Positions 24,871 through 39,446 of a DNA stretch of 64,000 bases are shown piece by piece. A program made the translations under genes and the position numbers. Within the stretch, counting starts at the first letter, position 1. Every line of letters begins with the position of its first letter. Below the pieces are notes generated by a model that made no database searches, was not told where the DNA came from, and saw nothing but the letters and a program-made list of their open reading frames with translations. This DNA is from Raillietiella orientalis (taxonomy: Eukaryota), in NCBI GenBank assembly GCA_036172245.1, contig JAYWIR010000004.1:1178001-1242000 (forward strand), written 5' to 3'.

Positions 24871-27529
24871 TTATGACAACATGGTGAGCAGCTGCAGCAA
24901 CTCGGATTCCAAGAAACGCCCTCGGCACTTTGGATGCGCAGGTGCACCTTCTAGTGCTGCGTTCCCCAAACTGCCGTGTCCCTGCTGCAGGTGGACTCGA
25001 CTCGGCTCCTCGGACGCCGAAGTGGCTGAGTTCCACCCGTTACCATGTGGGTCATCTCTGTGTGAAAGGTATCCACCTACGGATGCGCAGACCCAGATCG
25101 GGCGGGCCCTCATACTGTGATGCAACCTGGAGCGAATTCAAAGAAATGCATGCATTTGTTTGAATCGCTCCAGGTCGAGACAGGAAGTCAAAGGAACGGC
25201 GTGGATGCAAGCAAGGTGACTCTAGTGCTCAGCCAGAGATCTCTGGACCTTCCCGCTCCTCGACGTCACCCAGTCTGTTAGCACGAAGTTTGTCCATCTT
25301 TCGATTTGTTTATGTCGCAGGTTCTCCTCACTGAGCAGCACGAATAGTGGTCGGCGATTTATCGGGTGCGTCCAAGTGGTCGGAGCCTGCTGATTGGAAC
25401 GTTTGGATGACGGTGGAAATTCGAGTACGTTTGTGGAAAGGTTGGCTCCTCGAGACCCAGAGCACTCCCACGAAGGAATAGACAAACACATCTCTGTGTG
25501 TGGGTGCACGTCGCTGATTATGGGTGAGAACTTGAAACATCTAAGAGGGACTTGCTTTCATTTGCATCTCCAAAGTTCTACAGCATCCGAGATCCGTTCT
25601 TCCAGCAAGTCAGTATGAAAATTAAAGATGTGAAGGTTTTTTGCTGATCAAGGCTGCTCTCGGCTGTATCAGTGTAACTGCAGTTAACTGATATTCTACT
25701 ACTGGTCGTTGCTACTTTTTTTGTTTTTTGCTTGCAATATTTCAAGAGTTCTTTGCACAAATGCACTACAAGAGTAGTCCTGTCAAACTCACGGCAAAAG
25801 ATTACCCATCTTGCTCACTTCAGTAACAATCTCTTAAGCTGAACATGTAGCATCTCCTTGACTATTTGTTTCATCTTCAAAATTCTTTCTTTCTTTGTAA
25901 ACATGGCGGATAGCGAAAACAATTCTTGGGGTATGTCTTGAAGTTTTGAACCCACGAGTGGTTGTTTTGAAATCTTTCGTGTATCTTTTTCGTCTCTTCT
26001 TTATCTTTTCTAGGATAATCTTCCAACACTTGTGTTATCAATAAATCCCTCCGAATGTCTGATTCCAGACGCTCATTTTTATTCGTTTCCGAAAACTCGC
26101 GCCGTTTCTGGAATTCAGAGACTGTTGATGTTTACCACAAACACAATACATCCACTACTTTTGGATAAGTCTCAAATTCTAGATCGTTCATCTTCTGATT
26201 TGATTTGCCACTCCTATCAAATCTTCATGTAAATTACATGAAGCGCGTTTGATTTCAGAGACACTTTCGTTTCAAATCAACGATCCCAGGAGCATCAATC
26301 ATTCTCTGAACTACATGCAAAGATAGTTTTTCGTAGTTAAAGAGACTTTGCGTTTTCTCTCACGTAGCATCTCCCAGATCCAACCATTCTTGAATTATCA
26401 CCACTTAATCGACTTGCATTCATGTTTCTTCCACTGACATTTCACGATGGAATCCGTCAATCTGCGCTCGTAAAGCACAGATTGACGTAGTGCCGTATCC
26501 AAGGTATACTTTTCAGTAGAGCAAAATGGTGTTTCGTTTGGAATGGAGAGGATCACTTCTCTCAACGATGAAATTCAATGACCACTTTCTATTTAAGGAT
26601 ATTTAGGAAAATTTCCTTTTAATGCTGTAGTCAGCTTCTGCTGATCTTCTGCATTGAAAAGGAAAATCTCCCCTGGCCCGGTCTGAAAGTACTCTGTGAG
26701 ATACGTGGTGCATGTAGTTTGAATGTATGGGAGCGGATGAAACGAGCGTGGATAAAGACAGGTTAAATGCAGCTGATCGAACACTACCTATCATTTTTCT
26801 TTCCTTTCCTTTCCCACAACCATGCGAGCGCAGCAATCCGTCACGGCGGCTGGTTGCTACTTGCAACGCATCACCAAAAATGTAGCCAACATCTCTCGTA
26901 ATAGCGCCGCTAACCTTTGCCGTGCGTGTGCGTGGTCCACACCGATGCGGTTGGAAACAAGAAAATCTACGTTTGCTGGTATGGGCGCATTGTCATCTAA
27001 AAGAACATGATGTGCAATCAAAAGACACTGACATTAAGATCCCATGAAGCATAAAAACTTGCCTCTTGATAGCATAGCGTACAGCCCGCGCTTCATAAAG
27101 ACAGTCGGATTTTTTTTTTTTAGCCGAAGAGGGTAACTGCAATCGTTATTTGATATGAATGCGTTCTCGCGGGGAAAGCGGGAGGATTTCGACGATCATC
27201 GGGAAGCAAGCAGGAAAAGCTGCGAGAATCCCTGAGGGGAACAGGAAAAAAGTGCAAAGGAAATGTAGCCATGAACCTGGAAGTCACTGCGAGCTCGGGA
27301 CTGATGAGATACTAGAAATTTTTGGCATGACGGGTGCTCTGAACTGAACTCTGCGCAACCGAAACCATCTCTATGAGGAGAAGCATTTCGCAGGTCACGA
27401 AGAGAATTCTGTTGAGCTGAGCGGCATGCAAGCAACCCACTCCAAAATCCAGGCGCTAGAGACTAGCCACCGTTTCAGTTGCCCATGCATACCTATTCTT
27501 TTCTTGTGAGGCCTTCCAAACAAACAGGC

Positions 27530-29330
27530 ATTTGTGCAAATAGATTGTGTAAACAGTGGGGCAGCCAGCTGCTTAAGAGTTAAGAAAAATGGAATTTTCC
27601 TAATTGAAGCACGAGTTGGCATTCGTTGGAAAGCCACGAGAACAATAGAACTCGGGGCTGCTCAAGCAATCTTTCGGTCTGTGCATCTACGATCCGTCCT
27701 TTCACGCTTGTTCCTCACCGATGATGCAGGCGAAGAAAACAAATGTGATGGGAAAAATCGACTGATTTCATCAAGGGAGCTGAAGAGTAAAGTCGTGCAA
27801 TCTGAGCTTGGATTCGTCGATGCCGGTTTCCGATGTCATCCACACGGTTGTACTGGTCAGAGTTGCTGCTTGATCTTTTCGTGGACCGGAACCTACAAGA
27901 ATTCCCAGCTCCTCCTCCGAGAATGGGCATGACCACGCCGGATGTTTCGTAGTCGGAAGTCGTCCAACCAATAGTGTTCAAGACAACAGGTATTCTTCTG
28001 CAGCTTTCCTCCATTCTGCTGCTTTTCCCATCACTAACGGTTCCCTCCAATGTAAGAGGATGTCTTTGTCAGCCGCTTCTTTGATTTGCTGGAAAAAGTA
28101 TTTGAGAAAAATGTGGACAGAACTCCAGCTTCACGTGAACAAACAAGGGAGGAAAGAGAGTTTCCATGGAATCCTGCCGATGCGAATGCAATCTTAACTG
28201 CTCCCCTTTTGTTTAACCCTTTGCTCTATGCATCTGCTTCGCGGAGTAGACGCGCATGTTTCCTATCTTCTCTTCCAGCTATTCTGGAGAACGTCTGCCG
28301 GTAGGTTGGACATTTTCCGGTAAGGAACGCTAGGCAGGGCTACTTTGCCATTGGGCAATCCTGCTCACCCTTTCCAGTGTGAAAGGATCGTGTCTCACGG
28401 TGACCAAGCTTAGGACGAACGGTTTTGTTGAACTGCTGAATGTAGAATGGCCGCATTCCTATCGTACGCCTTCTCTTACTCTCGGGTCGGAACCTCCAGG
28501 AAAGAAGTCTGTACGGAAGGAACATCATGCGATCAAAGGAGAAACGACAAGCAGATTCTCTAAGTGAGAGCAGCTCGATTCCTACCACATGGGTTTTTGT
28601 TTGCCCTTTTTTTTTTTTTTTTTTTTTTCTTGTTGCCTGATGAGACTTCCGTCTTGCTCCGCGACGGCAAACAGCTTCTCAGATCTTCTCTCAAGGCGGT
28701 TGAGAAAGAGTTTCTGCTATGTGATCTGGGTCCTGGGACATCCGAGGCGGATACAGACGAGGACTCAGTCGTCGCGCATATGGCTGGAAAAAACATGTAC
28801 TTCATGCCTGCGTTCACCAGCCTGCAGCTGTGGTAACCAGCGCACCATGCACTGTTGCTTGGTGCGCAGTGCTTTCTGAAGGCAGGAATTTCCATTCTGA
28901 ATAAGACTCGTTCAGCACATTGAGACACATGTTAAGCTTCGTCTGCGACGCACCAGTGGGTGAAATGATACAGGCACGAGGATGTATGTGTTCTTCTTCA
29001 ATCCCATCCCAACAGGGAGGCAGGGAGAGGGGGGACGTTTAATCAGAAGTCGCCCTTGAACTTGGTCTTTAGGTTCAAGCTGCGATGGGAGGACAGTTGA
29101 TCCCGAATCAAATTTTCGTATGGATACTTCCTGCTGCGCAACGATGACCACGCATCTCTTCAGATCATATTCGACCATACTGGTGCTCTGCTGGTCCCTT
29201 ATGCTTTTGGGATTATGAGAATTTCCCGTCCTTTTGGATAGGAAATTCGACAAAGGGAAAAGATCATGTGCTGTTCCCGAAGTTATGTCGCAACGGCAGA
29301 CGTAACATTAACTATATCAGCCCTCCAGAG
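27530..29330 (+). mobile_element. Decayed R2-like non-LTR retrotransposon RT region
   Basis: RWKATRTIEL..FRSVHLRSVLSRLF..QSELGFVDAG (cf. W...RT.LIPK..FRPI.I.SVL.RLF..Q.GF...DG), then TAPLLFNPLL (cf. LSPLLFN) and SSLKAVEKEFLL (cf. PLKP.QK..L), in the correct order. Boundaries are approximate. Confidence 0.5.
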
Positions 29331-32300
29331 GTCACAGAGGTTGCTCCTGTTGTGTTCCTTTCCGCTGTTTCTATCAGCAGCGGGTTAGCATTTTTAAATG
29401 ATAGCTTATCCTGGAGAGCGTCGCACGAACAACCTGCATGAGAGTCTCACAAAAAAAAATTGTAGCGCGAAACTTTCCAGGTGTGCAATTCTCCATGACG
29501 CTATCTTGGGGTTCTTACTGTAACCATTAGAAGGCATTTGCAACTAACTACGGCGATAATGTATCATGAAAACCGTACGGTAGACTACATTAGTTTAACT
29601 AGCTTCCTCACCTCGATTAATGATATGACGGCATCAAAACATCGGGATCATCAAGTGAATGCTTACTAATCAGGAATCCATCCGTTAAGCATACAAAACC
29701 AACTGCTGTTTCCTGTTCATCCCAAATGGCCATCGAGATTGCATAAGCCTACGATGATGCCATGAACCAGCCGCCATCTTTTTCTTAAAAATGTTGCTTT
29801 TTTTTTTCAACAGCTAGAAACCTGTCTTTAGCAATAAATGCTTGCAAAATCAAGCTGGGAAGTCTGGAAGAGTTAGATGAAAATGCATAGGGCACACTAA
29901 GGAATTTCAAAAGTGAGATGGAAATGTTTAGATGGAAACTGCGCTACTTCAGGGAAGCTTTGGAAAAACAGGCCGAAGGTGATGTCTAAAACTTGAACGT
30001 GCAAGTTGCTTCTAAAAAATTTGATCCTAATCGGTATTTTAGGGAGCAAAAAAAGGAAAAAAAGAAAAGACAAGCTGCTTAATAATCTGCTGCCACCACG
30101 GTCTTTGCAAGTGGACGTCTGCAGCCAAATCCTGGAAGCAAAATCTGGATGGCTGTTCTTATCGTCTGCAAATCCGAAGCATTGCCTAAGCGAATTTATC
30201 ATAATCTGAAGAAGAGATAATCACAATCTGAGCTGAAACTTATCAGTGAAGTAAGAGGTTTAGGTGGTGCGCAAGCAAATTTAATCATTTCTATGAATTC
30301 ATGAATTCATTTCTCTATTTAAGCTGCCATCAGAAAAATTTTAAACAGGCAAGAAGTGCATTTTTGATTATGCTAGTGTAGTCCAGAAGGGGCCGCATTC
30401 CGCGTACGTGGCCTTTGATCTTCCTTTCTTGGAATCGGCTCTGCTAACAGCAGCTATCCGGTCTTCAAACTGGACATCACGTTGCAGGGAGGGTCGAGAG
30501 ACCGGCGTGTGTCCGGCCTGTTCTTGCAAACACATGTTGCAATAACGAAAGCCATAAGCATTGCCCTGCTGAAGTGAGATAAGTCAGAAAGTGACAGAGT
30601 GTTTGCAAACAATCTTGTTCACGGAGATGACTGTTTTCTTGCAGGAAGGTTTTCACACGAAGGGGGTTGGAAATTTGAAGAATCTGCTCGGTATCTTTTT
30701 TCCCTTATAGCTGTACCCTGCTTTTACTGATGTGCTCATGGCTCGACACTTTCGAAAGATAGATGGTTAGGTGAAGGATGCTAAAAAGAACAGAAAAAGC
30801 AAAGAGGACTGTAAAAAAGAATTCATACTTTTATTTTAGCTGACTACATTTATTTTCAATCATGCGACACCTACCAGGATGCAAATATAATGTCCCCTTC
30901 TCCATTCAGTGATGCACAGTCAAAACTGTATTATCTGTCTGAGAAAATTGTCCAATTTCACATCATGAGACAGTTGTAGGATTAGGTCTTTGGACCAGGC
31001 CACTGGTGGTCACCGGAACTAAAAATTAATAAAATTCTCTTGATTATTTGTCACTCCCTTTCTACAGCTCGAAGGAAAAAAGAATTTGTTTTAGCCAAAC
31101 GAATTATGACAGGAAAATTCATTAAGGTATGACTCAGGAAAAAAACATTTCGCACAATCTTCATGGAAGATTTTCAACATATTGCTTCATTGAAAACGGA
31201 GACCTATGCATTAAAACTAACCTTCAAGTCCTTTTTCCGTACTTATCATCTACGAATGCACGGAAAATTGATTTTAGGGGAAATCATATAGGATCAGCAT
31301 CAAGTTCATTGGTTCCATTCGGAAAGCCCATGGTGCTACACCTAAAAAACAAATAGCATACTGAGTTATGATAATCATGCCACTCTAAACAATCTGAATC
31401 CCTTCTAATTAGAATATATACATAGTACATGTCTTCGTACTCGAGCAATTTTTATTGGAAACATGTTTTCAAGGGTTTCCATTTCCGTTCCTTAGTAGAA
31501 ATGCAACGTGAGCAGCAGCACTAGAAGTGTGATCATATTTAGGATTTGACAAAGAAAAATTTTTCTTTAGGACGAGAAATATAGCCCTGAATGAGTGTTC
31601 ATGAGAAATGCTGGCTATAAGAAACAAAGATCTCCAGAACTAAATTAGCTCATGGGCGTACTAATTAGATTGCCAATTTTGATTACCGATTCCGTTTTTC
31701 GCAAGAACCACGTAAATAAAGCAAATTTACACAGAAAGTAGATTTTCGTCTTTTCCAAAAAGAGGAAAAAAAATACATATCAGGCAATGAGGCATAAGGT
31801 CATATTCATATGCTCTACACATTTTGAAGAAATTTATTTTCTACATTTCGTTTCTTCACGTGCTGATTGCTGCCAGGTGCAAGCAGCGTTAGCCTAATAA
31901 AATATCAACAAAATTGCGAAAATTTTATATTGAGGAGGTGAACATCTCTTATGTTAAATAAGAACTACCCATATCTCTGTCTCTCTGTTTACTCTATGTT
32001 TTATGACAACCTATATCTTCGAATGCGATGAGTATCTTGCTTAGAAGCGAAAGCTTTCTAATAAATGTTATGACAGCATTGAAGGTGCAAGAGATTGTGT
32101 GCACTAAGCCATCTCAAGAACTAGATGTATTTTTCTCTCAACTAGTGTTTTTTTTTTCTTTTCAAGCTGAATTCCAAGAATCATCAAGGACATCATTCCT
32201 TCCTGTTAGTGCCCTAGAGGTTTTTAACGAAAATGCTCATTTTGGAAATTTGAAAGAAAAAATTAAGATCACAAAATTTCGATTTCTATTGCCATCCTAA

Positions 32301-34849
32301 GCTCCATTCATACGGACTATTTCTCTTACCGAATCCCAAGACGTGACTACAAAAAACATATTTGCTTCCCTTTTACTTTCAAAATAGCAGCAGTTCGGGG
32401 TAATCAGCAGTGATCTAATCACTGGAATTTCTAAATAGCATCGAGCACGGAAGGGAAAAGAAATTAGACCAGTAGGCACCTCGGCATACTGGCTAACTTT
32501 AAAACTACTCTCTTCAAAATCATCTTAATCAACACACATCTCAAAAATCTTCAGAAAGGTGAAACTAAGAGATAGTGAGGGTAAGCACATTAAAACTTAA
32601 CATTCCACATTTACTACAGTTTGGGTTCCCTCAGCTGACAAAACCAAATATAGAAGTCACATAAAGAAGTTTGGGAAATGAGAGATCATCAGCGGATGGA
32701 GAAACGTGCGTTTTTAAGCAAACTATGCAAAAATCAAACCAAGTTCTCTTCATTAGTGATCTGCAATAAAAAATTCAAACGATCGGGTATTTTTGAAAAC
32801 CGGACAGACCGAAATGAATGCAACCTGGGAAACTGCTTTTCCATAGAATGAATCAGCGTCTTTGGTTAATTATGTGGCGACGTGTGTTTTGGTGAGATGG
32901 GGGTGCGCTTTTTTTTCCTCCGATGGTTTGACTACGGCTCTTTGGTTCCAACGCGGCACGTTCGCAGGATGAAGAAAACTGCATTCGCGTATCCCGATCT
33001 TTTGGATAGATAGTAAGACGCCTATAAAACATCCTGAAAGTCATGCTCGTTTGTAGAAAGCCTTGCTGCTTTGGGAACGAGAACGGTTACTGCTTTCGGG
33101 GAAAATTGGTACCGGGATTGAAGTTGCATGGATCAAAGGGTAGTCTTGTATGCAACTTGTTTCCAAAAGCCCCGCTCACTTCACAACCTTAATTGGATTT
33201 CTCCCTTCCGAGTGATGACACCCATTTTCTTTCTCTGACAAAAACAACCACCGCTCGAAAAAAAGAGAAATGTCCATGCTAATCGGCCGACCATCTGAGG
33301 ATACGTTGCTTATTGATGCTTGCTACCATCATCAAGGAGAAAATGTCTCTCTCTCATTGAAGTCATTTTTTTGCTCTTTATGGGAAAAGAATGGGATCGA
33401 ACGATCCCATCTGTTCCTATTTTTGCACCGAAAGTAATCCCTATGGAAAGGCGGAGCATGTAAAGTGTAACCTCGATGTTTACTGGGAAACATGTCCCTA
33501 AAGGGGGAGGTGCACATAGGGAAATAGGACTTTGAAGGTCGCGATCACAGAAAAGGAAAAAAGGGGGGGAGAGGGAATGTTCTCTACGAAAGAAAGTTTT
33601 TGAGAGGTTGCGGAATCGACGCCTCATCGGATGAGAACGTCGCACTGGGAAACCAATATGCAGGCGTCCTGCGGCAGCAGAAAAAGACGACTGCAGTTGT
33701 CAACTCCGGGGCGTTTCACCGACTTGCAAGGGAAATTGGATTCGTACGTAAACTGAGGAGGGGGTTTCCCCTGGAAGCTGATGGCTTTGGGCACCCCCAG
33801 GATCCTTCATTTGGCGTCCACGCCTGCCGACGGCGTATTGAGTGCCCTGAGATATTCCCGGTGCGCGACCGCGAGCGAACCTTCACAAGTGAACGGGGAG
33901 AGAGGATGAGGATGACTGTGCGCTCGGGGAGTAGGGAGGGACGGTTTCTAAGTTTCAGCATTTTGCCGGAAGGATAGCACTTTTTGGTAGGGGGAAAAGG
34001 GCCAGTGAGCCCGCTCATGAATTAGGAAGATTTTTCTTTTCTCTCTACAGCCTCAGCCCCTTGAACAGAGCTTCACTTCCGCGCACGTCGATGCAGCACG
34101 AGGTGCAGCGGGGAGAGGTGAAGGCGTAGCAGCGACGAGGAATGGGGGGGGAGGGGCGTAGAAGCCCTTCCGGCCCTCCTCTTAGAGCAACCCTTCCTCC
34201 TCCTCCTCCTCGCTTCTTTTGCTTCTTTTTCCTGTCCTTCCTTTTGGCTGACGGTGATCCCGCCGGAAACGCTGGCTACAGCGACGTCGGCGACGTCCGG
34301 CTCGCGACCCGCGCCTCGTTTCCATGGAGAGGAACCTCCGTGCTCTTTCCTGGGGCTCCCGAATCCGGAATCGCCCACGCCATTCCTTCCGGGAGAGATT
34401 CCTGCAGCTTCCTGGAAATCCGACGCTTCTGCAACAGTGAACTGAATGCGAGTTCCCATTTTATTGGATGTTTTTTTCTTTCTTTCCGCCTTTCTTTCGG
34501 AACGAATGGGGAAGCGGAGGAGGAGGAGAAGAGGAGCTCCCCTCCTTCTTCTCCTCTCTCTATGCTCTTTCTCTGTCTCTCTCTTTTTTTTTTTTTCTTT
34601 TCTGGTGGCTGCTGCCTGCGGTTTCCAGCGAGCGCCGCTGCGAGAAACCTCTACTCCGGCGAAGACCCAAGCGGAGGGTGGGGCCTGCACTTCCGCCTGG
34701 CCATCCCCGAATCCATTTCCGTACCAAGAGAAAAAGGAGTTGACGTTCCTCCGGGAGGAGCGGACAGAACTGGTGGGAACTCGACCGCGTAACGGGACGG
34801 CTGCAAGGGCTGCTGCCTCCCGATCGTCTTGAGAGTCCCGCGAAGGCAG

Positions 34850-37800
34850 TCACATGTGCAGCACGAGGTCCTTCGCCAGACCCTCCTTCTTGCGTAGCTT
34901 CTGGAGAAACATTTCCCGATCTGGAGGGAAGGGTAGAGGAGGAGGGAGGGCACGTTTATTCCTGGGACTGCAACGGTCCTCTTGGTTACCTTCGGAGGTC
35001 TCCCTCTGCAGCCGGAATAGGAACATCATGGACACCGCGACGGCAACGAGGAGTATTCCTACAAACACCGCCTGCACGGCGCTGCCGGGGCCCTGGAAAC
35101 GGACCAAGGTCATTCTTGTCCCTTCTGCTAGTCTCCCCCTCTTCCTCCTTTCCCCTCCCTGAGATAAGGGTCGCGAGTCCTCCCTCGCGAACCCACCGCT
35201 GCTGTCGGGATCGATCTCGACCTGCTGGAGCGGAAGGGGGGAGGAAAGAGGAGGCCACTCTTGAAAGGAGCAGCCGGGGGCAGCCGAAAGCGGGACCAGG
35301 AGAGCGAGACAGCCCGGGAGCGATGAGTCCTCCTCCTTCTCCTCTCGCGGTCCTTGCTTCGGTCCCAGAAGAAGTTTTTCCCCATGCCTTGCCCTCTAAA
35401 GGCAGAGGGAGGCAGGGGAAATCTTCTCTTGTTTCCACAGGTCCGACCCTCAGGGACGCGGCAGCGCCAGGGCAATGGAGAGGAGAGGGTTCTCTCCATC
35501 GTGCCCAGTCCCCTGGGAACGCAGTGACCTCGACTGTGGTCCCCCTCGCTCCCGCCGGCGCTTAGTTCGGTTTAACTGGGTAGGTGATTTTGGGAGGTGG
35601 GGAGCCCCGGGGGTAGCGTGATGATCGGCATGATCGGTCGGCTCCCTAGAACCTGTGCTGAGGGCGGGCTCTCAGATTGCAAACGGAAGAACCTCCTTCG
35701 CTGCGCGGAGGGAGCGGCGGTCCCTTCCCGCTGCCAACGTGCTGCAAACCGCCTTTCTTCCCTCTGGCGAATCGTTCGACCCAGGGCCCAACTGCTTTCT
35801 CGATACTAAGGAACCCACACCTCTTCTTCTCGGATGCCTCCTGCCTTCCTGCCTACATGCGCCATCGACAAAGCGCGTGCTTCCCTTGCAAATCGGTTGC
35901 TAAGATGCGGATGCTAGAGCGGCGCCACTCGTACAAACGGATTCCGTTCTTCCCTACAGCCCCTTTCATGTGTGTCTCTGTGTGCACGCTTTTGCTGTTT
36001 TCGCTCCCTTCCTGAAGCTCCCTGCTCACGTGGACGCTACTTTACTACCCTTACCACCCTCCGTTCGTCAGAGAGACCGAGGGGACGGGACCCTTAGTAC
36101 TAGGTGGTACTTACAGTCTGCCTCTCACGAGGAGGATCGATCTTCTGAGACGCTACTTTCATTCCTTCTGTCCTGGGGTTCACTCGGAGGTACAGCTTGT
36201 GCTCGGGGAAAGTGGAAGGGCTGCTACCGCCTCTCGCCACGTGCTTCCATCCGGAACACATATAGGTGCCCGTGTCTTCCTTCCGTGCATCCTAAGAGGA
36301 ATACGGGAAGAAAGTTGATCCCAGTTTCGACTTTCTTTCATTTGAAAACAACAACAAGAAGATGGGAAACGTTCGAGTCACTGTACTCCGGAGACAGAAA
36401 AATGGAAGGGGGCCATTACGATAGTCTCTCCCTCCGGCAAACTGATTTGGGGCAAAGGGGAGACCGAAAGCGAATCTGCTGGATAATATGCACTCGAGGT
36501 GCAGCTGAACAAGAGTTTCCTCGTGAAAAAAGAAGAAAAAATGAGCTTTCCAAGCAAAGCTCGGAATCCAGGATTCCCAACAGCACAAGCATGAAGTTTT
36601 AAATGGCGCAGGTCACAGTAGAAAGGCCAAAGTCCCTCCTTGGGAAGTCTTGCAGTGGGAAGGAAGGAAAAAATCGGTTTCTGAAAGCAGTTTCTAATCT
36701 TTGATTCTTCTAATGAGATCTGCTTAAGCTCCATCCGGCCAACGAAAATATCAGCTCTCTTCTGTTGGTTCCGAAACTCTTAAAGCACATTACCAAGTCT
36801 GGTAGGGCATCATTCGAATTAACTGAAATATCCATCAAGCAAATCCTACGCATTTGCGTGTGACCAATCCGCGTGTGCTCGAAGCGTTCAGACTCTGATC
36901 TACCATACCTGAGAAGAGAGAATAATGGCCAGGACCGTTAAAGATTTCGTGACAGATGCAATCGGATACTCAGGAATTACCCCAAATCACAGTTTGATAT
37001 AATGAGTACTTTGGAAAGATTGAGTTCAATCTTGCCGATTTCTGGAGATGCACAAAAAGGTACCTCCACATTCGATCCGCAATACGATTCTGCAAATAAA
37101 CGTGAAAATAAGGAAGTTAGCCTTCAGGAACTCAATTTCTCCATTAGAAGATAAGTACAGGTAAAAAAAACATCATCAAGTTATGGAAATGTATACCTTG
37201 GGGTTATGTCTTGAACTCTTTCAAAACAAACACAAATGTCAAAAAATTCTGGGCTTCTCGAGATATTAGGAAAACCCATATCCAAAAGAATTACGTATAA
37301 CATGTAACAGCTACGATTTTTAGTTTTTGATAGTTTTGACAGTTTGCGATGGAAGAATACAATCGAGAAGTTTATCACGTTGAGATCTCTTCTTACAGAT
37401 TTCTGCGACAATTTCTAATGTACCAGTACTTTCAAGTTCAAAACAATCATTTGGAATACGTAATAGAATCAGTTTTATAACATCGTAGTGCCATTCTTGG
37501 GATATCTGATATTATTTTTGGATGGAGACAATGTAGCTTTACTGTAGCAATGGAATGTTAAGGAGTTTAATGTGGAAAATCGTTTTCGTTGATTTAAAAA
37601 TTGTGATTTTTTTTTTTTTATCTGAAGACATTCCACAATTCTATTCGACATGGAAAGAAGAAAAATCCAGAAAACACATCTTTCTGCGGTCTTACGATTT
37701 ATTTTATCCTTTTCTGGCATGGTCATCTGTAAATAACAAATCAGAATTAAAATGAGAGTTGGCTGAAAAAAACATAGAAGGTGAATCGAGTTAATCTTTT

Positions 37801-39337
37801 CTTTTTTTTATTTTTTTAAAAAAAATGGCTTTATTTCTTTCCAAAAAATAAATGTATCCAACAATTTGGAATTTATTCAAAAATTGCAATCTTCGACAAC
37901 GGAGGCGACTATTTTTGTGGGCATTGATCAGTATCTGGCAAAAGAGCTCACCTGTTGCCATGGCATCTAACGACCCGTCGGTTTATGAACGGCATGAGGG
38001 GGGAAGGGAGAGATTTACTCCGTAACGTGTGTGCCTGACATGAAACGACCTAAAGTTGCTCTCCTTGAAAAAGTGCCTAAAAAGCCTCTAGTGACCACGG
38101 TCCCGCATGCCCCAGTAGCGTGAATTCTGCCCGACCGAAAGGTTCTTGTAAAGTCAGCGTTGGACGGAGGCTGTCCGAACGGAGGCATCGCATAGTCTTT
38201 CGTAGGCACAGTGGGTATTCGATCGTTCTTGTGAGATGGAAAATTCTGGCTTTCTTTTAATGATGGGGCTTTCTGGAGAGCAATTTGCTGTGAACGACTG
38301 TTCAGGAGGTACAGAGTTGTTGATCGAGTGTTCAAGTGCCATCCGCGATAAACGACACAAACCTTGCCACGGGGTCAAAGTTTGGCGCCTCAGCATTCTC
38401 GAAAATTGAAAATTTTGACGATTCTGATGTTTGCTCTATTCAGTAAACACTTCTACTTATTTTGTGAACGTTTTCCTGCCAATATGAAAACGGAATGTTC
38501 ACGTGATGAACATGCAACTCGCGTTTAAATTGTCAACACATTGCTCAACTAGTCAATTTGTGGCAATTAAGCTTGATGGAAAACCGTAGACTACTTGAAA
38601 CAAATTAAAACACCAATCACAGTACATTTGCATGTAAAACACTTTGGATTCGTGCTGAATTCAAATAAATTAATCGTTTACAAAAAGATGATTATACAGA
38701 TGACTGAAAGGCACTGTTTCAATACATTGACGTTTCTCTAAAACTGCATTCCTTTCGGATGCAGCTGTCAAGGAAAACTGAGATTCCTCTAACAAGTCGT
38801 CATGTTGGCATTACTTCCAGTTAGCGAATATTTTCTTATACCTGTGTCAAGGTGCACGGGAAGGAAACGTGGCTAAGATTAGGTATTGGACTCCTTGGGC
38901 ATATCGTCGATCGAAAATGACAAAGAGTTCTGAATACTCAGCATAAATGGGAAAGGTGGGAAATTTGTAGGTGGGAAAGTTGGCCTACTTGCAAATAACA
39001 GGAGGTCTAAGCTAGTCGACTCTCCTGTCATTGTAAACCCGCAAATACAAATCAAAAAGCATTTACATCAAACAGGATGGGAAGATCTCACCTTAATAAT
39101 CAGAGATATGTTGGACGTCACGTAGAATCTGTCATAAGAGGCATTGCTGCTTGTAATGATTGTTCCTGAATCTAAAATCCAAGCACCAGTGTGAGTTCCA
39201 AATTCTTCTTTGCATCCCAGAATTACAGTATCTCCTTCCCAAGCTTCATGCACGTCTTCAGTTGGCTGAGATCCTCGAACATAGTAGTTATGCTCGAGAT
39301 GTGCCATACATGCCACCACAATAAAAAGAAAAAGCAT
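34850..39337 (-). CDS. Single-Ig-domain type I membrane protein, paralog 2. Exons 39337-39092, 36291-36115, 35092-34990, 34920-34850
   Basis: Signal peptide MLFLFIVVACMA; Ig domain (EAWEGDTVILGC..GAWIL..SLIIK|DARKEDTGTYMCSG..KLYLRV); TM AVQAVFVGILLVAVAVSMMFLFRL; short tail DREMFLQKLRKKEGLAKDLVLHM*. Intron positions and phases (0,0,1) match paralog 1. Exon 2 is missing from the ORF track. Confidence 0.82.
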
Positions 39338-39446
39338 TTATAAATGTGGTCAGCTAAGCTTAATCATCTTCTGCTGTCAGACAATTGTAACTGAGCTGCG
39401 ATTTAAAGGAATGTGCTCACTTTTATTTCCTTCTATCCAGAATACC

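Noticed and set aside
18100..25200. Numerous overlapping 100-250-aa ORFs
   Set aside because: Expected in GC-rich DNA. Only the Ig exons and decayed RT pieces have recognisable motifs.
25570..26040. Minus-strand exon-like segments
   Set aside because: Stops in all frames and no recognisable product.
35197..35221. Extra microexon in Ig gene 2
   Set aside because: It is 25 nt and incompatible with the phase-0 junctions on both sides.
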